Virus record (IMG/VR): IMGVR_UViG_3300035661_000009
Span: 64,001 to 128,000 of that record
DNA from: a virus
DNA: 64,000 nucleotides
Reading direction: 5' to 3' (one strand)
The notes beneath the pieces were generated by a model. The model saw only the letters and a list, made by a program, of their open reading frames with translations. It was not told where the DNA came from and did not search any database. Within the stretch, counting starts at the first letter, position 1; every line of letters starts with the position of its first letter. This document shows, piece after piece, positions 52,111 through 61,871 of the stretch. The position numbers and the translations under genes were made by a program.

Positions 52111-52752
52111 GGCGTTAAGGCGTTAAGGATAGAAAACTATGGGAATGTTCGACAACGTAACTCTTCATATGCTTGAAGAACCGATGGATGGCCAATATCA
52201 AACAAAAGACCTTTACAATGGGCTTTATAATCTAGGCCTTTGTGAAAAAGGGCTGTTTTACATAAAAGAGGATGGAACTTGGCTTCCTTTGACATGCACT
52301 GTACCATATTTTACTATAACTCGATGGATAGGAAATAGCTATATTACGCACTTACTTGGGCTGAAAGATGGGCAGATAACCTTCTTTATGGAAGATATTG
52401 GCAGTGAAAGGTCGTTAGCTTATCTTCAAGAAATGCAAAATGAAGACGCTTGGGCTGAAGATGGGGAAGTAACTACCAACTACCTTATAGAGCTTTATAA
52501 TAAGCGCCCTTGGTATAGTAAACTCGGTGACTGGATAAAAGGGAAGAAATAATGGAATACGCAGTTGGCCACGTTTTAGGATTGACCGTAGGAATAGGCT
52601 TTTTTATACTTTTTTGCTAACATCCTCGAAGGAGGATGAATGATAGATTTCGCTGTTGGATACTTATTTGGAACAATAATCGGATTGATAATAATTTATA
52701 TTCTACCTATGAGTATAGATTTGTATCATAAAAACAAAAGAAAGAACAAGAA

Positions 52753-53088
52753 ATGAGTATAGTTCCAAATTGGAAGTTAGCGACCCAAATTATAATGGGC
52801 GTTTGCGGGGTGGCTTTAGTCGGTTGGGATATATTCGCTGATACAAATAAGACTACTGGAGATACTATATCGGAGATTATGTTCAATCTCTCCCGTTCGG
52901 CTCCTATATTGGTCGTTATTTGTGGCGTCGTTTGCGGTCATTTATTTACGTCGTTTGACACGCCCGGTACCCCTATCTCTTTGTTCGGGAGTATGGTACT
53001 GTGGTTACAGACAAGACCCATATTCGCATTTATGGCTGGAATGGCTATTGGAAGTTGTTTTTGGTATCAGCAGGCTAACTTTAAATAA
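52753..53088 (+). CDS. Three-helix membrane protein (holin-like possible)
   Basis: Three hydrophobic segments. Confidence 0.55.
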   Translation: MSIVPNWKLATQIIMGVCGVALVGWDIFADTNKTTGDTISEIMFNLSRSAPILVVICGVVCGHLFTSFDTPGTPISLFGSMVLWLQTRPIFAFMAGMAIGSCFWYQQANFK

Positions 53089-53096
53089 ATTGACCA

Positions 53097-53585
53097 ATGA
53101 AAAATCTAATTCTTGCTTTATCTTTAATGTCATGTTCTGGAAGTCGTGAAATCTGTAAGACAAAGTGTGGGGTCTCGTTTTATGGTCAAATAAAGACCCA
53201 AGACACTATAGGCGACAATACCTGTGCAGAATTACAGCGTATTGAAGATCTAACCATGAGCGTTTATTCCGATATAGTAACTGATCCTCGTTTTAATGTT
53301 AAAAATATGTGCCAGTCTTTAAATGGGTATTCATTGTGGACTAATCCCGAAAGCCATTGGATTGATGGCTGGAATAGAGATATTGCTGGAATGACCGAAT
53401 GCGACACTAAGATCATAGAAATCAACAATTCTCCATTTAACCTATCTTCTATTCATCATGAATTTGCCCATGTAATTCAGAATTGTGAGGCTGTCTTGCC
53501 CATTACAGATGGCGAAGATATAGATCATGCTGACTGGACTAGAGACTTCATTAACAAAGGAATTGACCAACTCTATGGAGAGTAA
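53097..53585 (+). CDS. Putative lipoprotein with HExxH zinc-metallopeptidase motif
   Basis: MKNLILALSLMSC signal; IHHEFAHVIQ. Confidence 0.6.
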   Translation: MKNLILALSLMSCSGSREICKTKCGVSFYGQIKTQDTIGDNTCAELQRIEDLTMSVYSDIVTDPRFNVKNMCQSLNGYSLWTNPESHWIDGWNRDIAGMTECDTKIIEINNSPFNLSSIHHEFAHVIQNCEAVLPITDGEDIDHADWTRDFINKGIDQLYGE

Positions 53586-53849
53586 GCCATTTTGGGATGA
53601 AATTTACATGAAAAATAAGCCGGTCATAGAAAATAAGCCGGACGACCTTAATTACACCGGATTCAAATCTCAATGTGGTATGTGCCCTAAAATAACTGGC
53701 TATGTCTTGGATGTAGAAGGGTGTCCCGGCATCCCATGCTGTAGTTTGGAATGCTATGATAAGTTCGATAAAGGTGATTTAAAGGATTCAAAAAAATCGA
53801 AGGATGAAATCCTTGTAACTCAAATTGTACCACCGATTACGGCGGCGAC

Positions 53850-54260
53850 TTGAGTGACTTAATTACCGCTTATTGTGATGGCAGTAGTACGGGTAAAAGT
53901 AATAAACCTTGGGGTTGGGGGTTTGTGGTTGTTCACAATGATATTGTAATTGGCTATGGCTATGGCGGCGGGCCTTCTGGCACTAACAATATGGGAGAGT
54001 TATCCGGCGCTATTCAAGCCATGGAGTATTGCATTGAAGCTAAAATTAAAAAAATTCTGCTTATTTCGGACAGTATGTATTGCTTAGATCTACTAAATGG
54101 TGATAAAATCGCTTCCAAGAATAGAGAATTAGTAGAATGGATGCTCTACTTAAAAAGCCAAATTGATGTAAAGACGCGATGGGTAAAAGGACATAGCGGT
54201 GATAAGTTTAATGAAATAGCAGATAGATTAGCTAAAAAGGGAAAACAAAAACATGTTTAG
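53850..54260 (+). CDS. rnhA: Ribonuclease HI
   Basis: YCDGSS, TNNMGELSG, ISDSMY, WVKGHSGDKFNEIADRLA. Confidence 0.92.
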   Translation: MSDLITAYCDGSSTGKSNKPWGWGFVVVHNDIVIGYGYGGGPSGTNNMGELSGAIQAMEYCIEAKIKKILLISDSMYCLDLLNGDKIASKNRELVEWMLYLKSQIDVKTRWVKGHSGDKFNEIADRLAKKGKQKHV

Positions 54261-54921
54261 AATTCACTTCAAAAAAGACAAAGCCTTAGGTTTTACAGAC
54301 GATGCTGAAATGGCTACAGAACAAGATGATTTTCTTTACGGCTTTCTACAAGCTCCTATTACACTAGATGAAGATGTAACCTTGCTAGACTTCCTTCGAT
54401 TAGTTACTAAAAGCTCCTCAACCTCTGATTTATTGACCGATATCTTCTCAACTCCATTTAGGGCCATCTTAGCTGAAATGGAGCCGGGCGGGGAAATGAT
54501 TAAAGACGAAATCCTCTCAATAGGCAAGAGGATAGAGGCGTTTGAGACAAATCACCAAAACAAGAATTGGATAGCAGAAACTACCGATATGTCTATTGTC
54601 AAAGACGGGCAGAAGTTTGCTTGTTGGGGTATGACAAATGCTGAGTTAGGTAGACTTAGGCTGGGTATTGAAGCTACTATAAACATAGCCATTTTAGATA
54701 AACAGTATAAAGACAAAGCTAATTTGGATGTAGACTTTGAACCTACATTCTATGAGTTCATGACAGTTATGGCAAATGAACTCGCTTTTGCTCCGTTAGA
54801 CAAAGACAAAGAAGACCTTACTAAAATGTTGCTAGAACGAGCAAATGATACAAAAGGCTCGGTTGAGTGGAAAGATACAAAATGGGCTAAAATAGTAGCT
54901 CAAGATATTGAGGACATGTAA
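54253..54921 (+). CDS. Hypothetical acidic protein
   Basis: 222-aa ORF, translationally coupled to neighbours. Confidence 0.7.
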   Translation: MFRIHFKKDKALGFTDDAEMATEQDDFLYGFLQAPITLDEDVTLLDFLRLVTKSSSTSDLLTDIFSTPFRAILAEMEPGGEMIKDEILSIGKRIEAFETNHQNKNWIAETTDMSIVKDGQKFACWGMTNAELGRLRLGIEATINIAILDKQYKDKANLDVDFEPTFYEFMTVMANELAFAPLDKDKEDLTKMLLERANDTKGSVEWKDTKWAKIVAQDIEDM

Positions 54922-55451
54922 TGAGAATAATTCTAGATATAGATGGCACGTTAGCTGACGCTACCCATAGGTTGCATTACATTGAACACGCTGAGTTAAA
55001 AGACCAAGATTGGAAAGGCTTCCTTAAGCCGGATGAAATCGCTAAAGATCTTCCTATTCCAGAAGCCCAAAGAGTGGTTAATGAGCTAAAAAATCTAGAT
55101 TGCGGGCCCGAAATACTCTTTTTAACTGGCAGAAACGAGTCATTAAGAGAGGTAACTACGAATTGGCTGTTATCATACTTCGTAGACACTCTTACTTCCG
55201 ATAGACTGCTTATGCGCCCTGTAGATAATGCTGAGAAGCCGACGGTCTATAAGACTGGGCATTTAAAGAAGCTTGATCCTAAGGTTGGGGAGTGGTATTC
55301 TGTTCCTCCGACGCTTTGTTTTGACGACGACCCATATATGCAGACAGTCTATATGTCTTTTGGGTTTATACCCTTCTTGGCGCCGAGGTGTTGGGAAATA
55401 ATGTTTAATGCAAATGAAGATCTATTACCAGAGACTTATTGGAGAAAATAA
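54921..55451 (+). CDS. HAD phosphatase (T4 PNKP 3'-phosphatase-like)
   Basis: LDIDGTLAD, FLTGR, LLMRP, FDDD. Confidence 0.85.
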   Translation: MRIILDIDGTLADATHRLHYIEHAELKDQDWKGFLKPDEIAKDLPIPEAQRVVNELKNLDCGPEILFLTGRNESLREVTTNWLLSYFVDTLTSDRLLMRPVDNAEKPTVYKTGHLKKLDPKVGEWYSVPPTLCFDDDPYMQTVYMSFGFIPFLAPRCWEIMFNANEDLLPETYWRK

Positions 55452-56908
55452 TGTCAATAAATGAAGACTACATACACTTAGAAAATGTAACAAAATGGAA
55501 AGAAAAAAATCCAACGCTAAAAAAAGTAAATGACGTTTTACAAGCGCTTTTTTACCCCATCGTCAATATAAATAATATATTTATAGGCGGGGGGTTTATT
55601 ATGAATGCTGTCGATGAAAGCCACCCTTACACAGATATTGATGTTTATGTAAGAACTACTCCAAGTGTGAGTCTTAAAAATTCAATATTATTACAGTTAA
55701 CTAAAAAGTGGGTACATGTAGCAGCCAATCCATATACAGGAGACCTAGATTACATTACCGCCAGACAAAATGGCGTTGTCACAAATAGCACGTCTAATAA
55801 TGCAATAAGAGTTGCTGGGCCACCGAATTTTTACAACACGAATGTTTACAACACGAATGTTTACAACGCGAATGTTTACACCTTACCAATAACTCCGATA
55901 GAAATTACAGATATTAAAGTCAAGGCTAGAAACGCAAGTATTGCTGAATATGAAGATAGGCTTCATATTCAAGATATTATTGAATGCAATATAGATGAGC
56001 TTAAATTCCAACTAATTGTAGTAGAAGAGTATGCAGATGCTTCATTTCAAAGACAAATTCTCCAATCGTTTGATTTTGATACCTGTAAGGTTGGAATTAC
56101 AATGGATGGGTTCAATCTTGCGTATAAAACAGATACATTAGAATTAATCTTAGAAAAAGAGCTTGTCTTAGCTGAAGATGTTGAAATAAACGAAAAAATC
56201 AAAAAGCGTATAGAGAAGTATGTAGCTAAGGGCTATAACCTAAGTTCTGGGATTCTAGCTAAGCTAGAGGCTTATAATAATACCCATAATATCCATAATA
56301 CCCATAATACTAATAGCATGGCTGTAAATCAGATAGCTAATTTATTTAGAATTGGAGTGTCTACGATGAATGGCGATAGAAATACCATATCCATGGTAAA
56401 TCCATGTGTTGAGATAGAGATTCCCCCGCCAGCAGAACGCATTGCAATGTATAGCATACCAAATACGGAATTCATTGATAGATTAGATACTTTGTCTGAC
56501 GAAATTCGTGCTAATGCAGGTAGCATGATAAATAGCTCTAACTGGAGCTATATTGACTCATACACAGACATATCCCCAGCGGCTCGTCCGTTTGCTGAAC
56601 AAGCTCCAGCAATTAACGAACAAACTGAACGATCCCCTTGGAGAGCAATTCTTAATAATAGAGCGACACCTCAAGAGGTTTTTGAAGCCTATTCTAGCCC
56701 ACCGATAGACAGGTTCTCCTCATTATGTGGATGCGAATGGTGTAATAATGGGCTGCCGCCGCCACCCGCAACGCCGTCGGGTAGGGTGGAAGACATTGGC
56801 GATGATAGCTATTTAGGGAATACGAGTAATAACTCCTTAAATAATTCTTTAAATGCTACTATGTCCAGAAGGGCCAGAAATAGATCGAGTTCAGATATAG
56901 ACGAATAA
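55451..56908 (+). CDS. Nucleotidyltransferase-fold protein (tRNA nucleotidyltransferase/poly(A) polymerase head-like) with low-complexity tail
   Basis: FIGGGFI, TDIDVYV, SFDFDTCKV, RIEKYVAKGY. Confidence 0.65.
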   Translation: MSINEDYIHLENVTKWKEKNPTLKKVNDVLQALFYPIVNINNIFIGGGFIMNAVDESHPYTDIDVYVRTTPSVSLKNSILLQLTKKWVHVAANPYTGDLDYITARQNGVVTNSTSNNAIRVAGPPNFYNTNVYNTNVYNANVYTLPITPIEITDIKVKARNASIAEYEDRLHIQDIIECNIDELKFQLIVVEEYADASFQRQILQSFDFDTCKVGITMDGFNLAYKTDTLELILEKELVLAEDVEINEKIKKRIEKYVAKGYNLSSGILAKLEAYNNTHNIHNTHNTNSMAVNQIANLFRIGVSTMNGDRNTISMVNPCVEIEIPPPAERIAMYSIPNTEFIDRLDTLSDEIRANAGSMINSSNWSYIDSYTDISPAARPFAEQAPAINEQTERSPWRAILNNRATPQEVFEAYSSPPIDRFSSLCGCEWCNNGLPPPPATPSGRVEDIGDDSYLGNTSNNSLNNSLNATMSRRARNRSSSDIDE

Positions 56909-56918
56909 TTGGTGATAT

Positions 56919-57425
56919 GTGAAGCGAACCTTAGTATTAAATAATAATTATGCCCCACTTGGAACAGTAAATTGGCAAAGAGCGGTTATATTACTGTTCC
57001 AAAACAAGGCTGAATTAATAGAAACCTTTGAAGATGTGATTCATACCACAAATAGAACATATCCAATGCCAGCAGTAATTAAGGTTTCGACATATATTAA
57101 GGCTCGTTCCGTTGGGGTTAGATTTAATAAAGAAAACGTTTTCCTTAGAGATAAGGGTAAATGCCAGTATTGTCTTAAAAAACTAGTAAGTAAATTAGCT
57201 ACATTTGACCACGTAATACCCAAATCCAAAGGCGGAAAAACTCAGTGGAATAACATAGTAACAAGTTGTTATGACTGTAATCAGTTCAAAAGCAATAAGA
57301 TGCCGGAAGAAGCTGGAATGAAGTTGTTAACCAAGCCTATTAAACCTACTCCATCGTCTATGAACATGACATTTAAAATGACTAATAGTAGCATACCCGA
57401 AAGCTGGAAAAAGTATTTATGGTAA
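56919..57425 (+). CDS. HNH endonuclease (McrA-like)
   Basis: VFLRDKGKCQYC, TFDHVIPKSKGG, WNNIVTSCYDCNQFK. Confidence 0.92.
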   Translation: MKRTLVLNNNYAPLGTVNWQRAVILLFQNKAELIETFEDVIHTTNRTYPMPAVIKVSTYIKARSVGVRFNKENVFLRDKGKCQYCLKKLVSKLATFDHVIPKSKGGKTQWNNIVTSCYDCNQFKSNKMPEEAGMKLLTKPIKPTPSSMNMTFKMTNSSIPESWKKYLW

Positions 57426-57738
57426 TTAAAGCAGATATTGAATTAGACGAACAAGACTTTAAAGCGGCGAAAGAAATGATGGATGAGCTTATTAATGTAG
57501 ACTATTTTGGTAAAATAAGCTATGATTGCTTCGTATTGCTGGAAAAAGTGCTACAAACCATTCGTAAAGCTGAAGAGAACCAGAAGATTAAAGAAGGAAT
57601 GAAGCGCAAGGCTGGTAGTTATGAATGGCAATCAGATAGATGTGTATGTGGACATACGGCGCACGATCATGCATTGATGGGAACTACCCTTTGTATACTT
57701 GAAGGCTGCCGATGTGAGTTATTTAAGGAGAAGAAATA

Positions 57739-58302
57739 ATGAGTTTTGTATTAACCCCAGATAAGCAAGTGTTTATGTCGAGTTTAGTAAAGGCCGCTTT
57801 AGCGGTTCGTCCTGCAATGAGCCTAAACGCCCGTGTGCTACTAACGGCGTGGGCCTGCCATGAGTCGGGGTGGGGTCAGTCGAACCCGGCTAAACGGGCC
57901 TTCAACCTCTGGAATGTCAGCAAAGGGGCTTGGACCGGACCGACTTTGGCGGGTGGAGATACTGAATTTACCGTAGGTAGCAAAAATCCTCCAAAAGCCA
58001 TAACACAGCAATGGCGAGTTTATAGAAGTATGGAAGAGTCTGTTAAAGACATCTTCAATTTCCTTGAAAATAGCCCCGGATTCGTGAACTATCGAGAGGC
58101 CGCTGCCCAGCTAATGGCGGGTGACGCTCAATTCGCGACAACCCTAGGGGTGCTTGACAGAGGCCCCGATGGTGCTATAATCAGGGTGGATACCCGGAAG
58201 GGAACGGCAGGTTTCTACACGCTGCCCCGAAAAGATTACCAAAAGGGCGTCGATGATATCGTTAATATGATATCTGGATTTATACAAACTAATTGTACCT
58301 AA
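57739..58302 (+). CDS. GH73/FlgJ-like peptidoglycan hydrolase (candidate endolysin)
   Basis: AWACHESGWGQS, AFNLWNV, WRVYRSMEESV. Confidence 0.75.
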   Translation: MSFVLTPDKQVFMSSLVKAALAVRPAMSLNARVLLTAWACHESGWGQSNPAKRAFNLWNVSKGAWTGPTLAGGDTEFTVGSKNPPKAITQQWRVYRSMEESVKDIFNFLENSPGFVNYREAAAQLMAGDAQFATTLGVLDRGPDGAIIRVDTRKGTAGFYTLPRKDYQKGVDDIVNMISGFIQTNCT

Positions 58303-58821
58303 ATAATGTTTAATTTACCAAACATAGAAGATTGGGAATTTGACTTTGCTGCTGATGGTGGGAAAAGTAGTTCAAAGCCAGGGAAAGAACTTATTAATAC
58401 TGCACCGGTAAAGAAAGATATAATGCTGTGGAATTGTTATATTTGTGGTAGACCCAAGGCCCTAGAAGAAGGCGCGGCTACGACATTGAACGAAAGAGAG
58501 AATTTGCTTATACATTATGAATGTAAAAAATTCAACATTGATGACAATAAGTATTGAACAACTCGCTATATTAAGTTCATTATCTACCTCTCAAGAACCA
58601 AAATCGCTACTAGCGTGGGAGCTAGAGCGATTTTTTGGTCATAATTACAGTATGGCTAGTAAGGTAGTTGATGGGCTTGTAGTTATGGGGTACGCTCGAT
58701 ACGTACCAAAAATAGGTAAATACGAGATTACATCAGAAGGTATTGAGGCGATGTCAGAAGGTGCTAAGGGATTTAAGGCGTGCTATGACATTATCTACCG
58801 TGTAGCTAATATCAACAATCA

Positions 58822-61230
58822 CTAAAGATTTAATCCAAAGCTTATTGGCAAGATTTGTGACGTTCCGTTTATTTCTAATACTATATTAATCATTAATACT
58901 GGGCCATTTTGCTGTATATCTAACGAAGCAACGTTTCTAAACGTCGAGTCACCCTTAAACATAGTTAATATAGCTGAAGTTAACTCTTTAATATTTACGT
59001 CAGCTATACTGTCGCCTACGTCGAAATTAATGCCATATTCAGGATGGAGTGGCAATGTTCCTTGCTTGGTAGATAAAGCTAACTTAATTCTTTGAATAAT
59101 GTTTTGCATACCATAAGCTAGCTTACAATCTCCGTCTGGTGTTATAGCTAAGTCTCCATCTGGGGTTAATAGCAAATCTACGCCGCCAACATCCAATAAA
59201 GTATCCATTTCGTCTACGTCAGGAACTTTAGATAGTTTTGGATCTTCCCTTGGTGTATTTGCGCTTGGGATATAGATAACTTGTTGTGAATTCACCGTTC
59301 CGGGTAAAAACGCCTGTAACGTGGCTGAAGCCGCGATTACGTAACTATCTAGATCTGCGTTACCAGAAAGCTCAACCTCTACAAAGCCTGTGTATATTTC
59401 TCTAATATTATTAATAGTTCTTTTGTTATTGGGCTTATTAAGAGAAGAGATCCAGACGTATTGACCAATATATAAATTAGTTTTATCTGAAACATAGCAT
59501 TTTCTGCCATCTCCGTTAACTAAGAATGGGAGTTGAAATCCAGTTTCATCTACATAAGGCGCTCGTAAGCCATTTAGGGCTGCGATCTCATGCCATCTGT
59601 CTGTATTGCCTAGATACATTTGCGAGACTTGTTCTAGTGTATGATTATAAGGAAAAGGAATGGCGAACTTACTTACTGGAGTGGTAAAAGCAATGCCGCT
59701 TCTCTGAGCCAAACCTGCAATATATTCTAAGCTAGTGAATTTAGGTGGGTTTACATCTCTTGACATGGCAAGATAATCCAATGATTGAATTAAATTGTCT
59801 AAATAAAACAACGTATTTAGCTCATCATCGGTTAAGTTAGGCTTTAATGTAGTTATTTGAATACTAATAGCATCTAGCTGATTAGCCATGTTTTCATAAT
59901 CAGTTCTTGTCTGATTAGCTACTTTATTTTGGTATTGAAATATAGCATTTTTCATTGTGCTACTTAGCTTAATATCTCTTGGATTCAAACCATCAAAGAA
60001 GTCATGTAGCTTTCCACCCATAGGTTCGTCGCCGGGCTTTGGCAATATATGACTAGGAATGCGACGACCATCTAACCCTGGATAGTTAACTGTATCGGTA
60101 GTTACATTTATTCCGTATAGATCTTGAGTAAGCTGATTCCACTTTGTCTGTAGCTGATTACCTACGTCTAAGTTGTTGTAATCGGCTATTTCAGCTTGCA
60201 TTGAAGCTACAACGTTTTGAAATAGATTATGAGGAAGGTCTAGTACAGAAAGCGGGATATTAAGTATGCTTTTGACTCCACCTGATAAATTCCTAATAGT
60301 TTCGCTTAATGCAAATCCAAGACCGTTGCCCACTGAATTTAGCAAATCGTTAATCGATTGAAACGCAGTCGAGGCGTTTTTAATTAGATTAAGTATACCA
60401 GTAGCTATATTCGGTAGTTTTGCAGAAGGAATTGCAATAGGGCTATCAAAACTACCCCCATCTATCATAGCCGGGTTTACACGTTTCCAAGCCTTTAATT
60501 TCAATGTGTATAAATATTCCATTGGAGAGTTGACCGCTCTTTTCATATCAAATGAAACACCGCTGCATATGTAGGCGGCTTCGTCTTTATTTATGATTAG
60601 AGCCAATCTCAAGTCAGTTGAATTAACTACTGATTTTGGCGTATTTACTTGGATCTTGCTCTTCTTTAATTCTAAGTATTGCTCTAAGAATTGTTGGAAT
60701 AATCGAAATTGATAATAACCAGTAGACTCTGTTGGAATTCTGTCCGGATCTAAGTCAGTGTAGCTAAGACCTTTATTTATATTGCTTTTAAATATATTCA
60801 AAGGATTGGCTGAAGATAGGTCGTTTAACGAACCACCAAGAATGTAACCCAAAACTGGCGGAAGCTGGGCTACAACACTATTCTTAATAGGCGTAAATCC
60901 AGTAGTCCCTTGTAACGTAATATCTCTAAATGGCGAGCCGTTGTGATATTCGACGATTCCATTAAGCGTGGCTTGGACGTTTGTGGCTATAGCTCCGGTT
61001 ATGGTTAGTTCTTGTGGTGGGATAGGTAAGACAAACTCCCAATGAGATAAATATTTAGAGGTTCCGTCTATTGGAGACAAAATAGCCATTTTATATGGAT
61101 AATATTTATTCCAGTTGTCTGGGAAAAAGAAGTTTTGATCCCATGAGATAGTAGACAAAGCCTTAAGGGCCTCATCCCCTTTGCTCTCGACGTATCCAAT
61201 TCCATTCTTACTGTATTGTATTAATTCCAT
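58822..61230 (-). CDS. Tail/baseplate protein with LysM-like domain and C-terminal gp25-like wedge domain
   Basis: TLEQVSQMYLGNTDRWHEIAALNGLRAP; NIIQRIKLALSTKQGTLPLHPEYG. Confidence 0.75.
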   Translation of the reverse strand: MELIQYSKNGIGYVESKGDEALKALSTISWDQNFFFPDNWNKYYPYKMAILSPIDGTSKYLSHWEFVLPIPPQELTITGAIATNVQATLNGIVEYHNGSPFRDITLQGTTGFTPIKNSVVAQLPPVLGYILGGSLNDLSSANPLNIFKSNINKGLSYTDLDPDRIPTESTGYYQFRLFQQFLEQYLELKKSKIQVNTPKSVVNSTDLRLALIINKDEAAYICSGVSFDMKRAVNSPMEYLYTLKLKAWKRVNPAMIDGGSFDSPIAIPSAKLPNIATGILNLIKNASTAFQSINDLLNSVGNGLGFALSETIRNLSGGVKSILNIPLSVLDLPHNLFQNVVASMQAEIADYNNLDVGNQLQTKWNQLTQDLYGINVTTDTVNYPGLDGRRIPSHILPKPGDEPMGGKLHDFFDGLNPRDIKLSSTMKNAIFQYQNKVANQTRTDYENMANQLDAISIQITTLKPNLTDDELNTLFYLDNLIQSLDYLAMSRDVNPPKFTSLEYIAGLAQRSGIAFTTPVSKFAIPFPYNHTLEQVSQMYLGNTDRWHEIAALNGLRAPYVDETGFQLPFLVNGDGRKCYVSDKTNLYIGQYVWISSLNKPNNKRTINNIREIYTGFVEVELSGNADLDSYVIAASATLQAFLPGTVNSQQVIYIPSANTPREDPKLSKVPDVDEMDTLLDVGGVDLLLTPDGDLAITPDGDCKLAYGMQNIIQRIKLALSTKQGTLPLHPEYGINFDVGDSIADVNIKELTSAILTMFKGDSTFRNVASLDIQQNGPVLMINIVLEINGTSQILPISFGLNL

Positions 61231-61256
61231 ATAGTTAAGATTGTTTCCTTGTCTTG

Positions 61257-61868
61257 CTATCCAGCTATTGTCATATTAATGGAAGAATTGCCGTCTATAG
61301 TGAAGTTAGTGCCAGTTGAAGGGGAGTTGTTCTTAACCGCATACAAAGTTATGGTTGGAGTGCCTTGTAAGGTCACTACGAACGTCCCAGTTACGTGTTT
61401 TTGATTAGTATCAGTAATATATGTAAGTAATTGATTGCTTTGAGTTCCGGATACGTCAATCCAGTATTGCAGTAAATGAGCGGGAGACGCAGAAACGGCT
61501 ATATCGAATTGTACAGAAACTAACGCCTGTCTAGGTACTGATATGCTATCCGTAACAGTAAAGGCTATTAATGGCGTAGGGATGCCTCTAAAGGTAATGG
61601 TTGACGGCACTGGCGATATAGTTTGTTGAGCGAAGAATGGGGCCATGTACTTAACCGATACGGCTAATCCAGCCTTAATGCCATCTTGTGAGACATTGTA
61701 AGCATCACCGCCGCTTGGAACCAAAACGTCATAATTAGGCACCGGAATAGCTTTAGTTCCATAATCGACGCCATTAGCTTGCAAACCTTGGCGCAATACC
61801 TTATCGGTATCTAACGCCATTTGGTCTAACAATGCCTTATCTGCTATATTTACGCTAAATTTTGCCAT
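61257..61868 (-). CDS. Hypothetical structural protein
   Basis: Beta-rich 203-aa ORF within the baseplate cluster. Confidence 0.6.
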   Translation of the reverse strand: MAKFSVNIADKALLDQMALDTDKVLRQGLQANGVDYGTKAIPVPNYDVLVPSGGDAYNVSQDGIKAGLAVSVKYMAPFFAQQTISPVPSTITFRGIPTPLIAFTVTDSISVPRQALVSVQFDIAVSASPAHLLQYWIDVSGTQSNQLLTYITDTNQKHVTGTFVVTLQGTPTITLYAVKNNSPSTGTNFTIDGNSSINMTIAG

Positions 61869-61871
61869 TTA

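Noticed and set aside
56919-57425. HNH as an intron- or intein-associated homing element
   Set aside because: It is a free-standing McrA-like HNH gene with no interrupted host gene around it.
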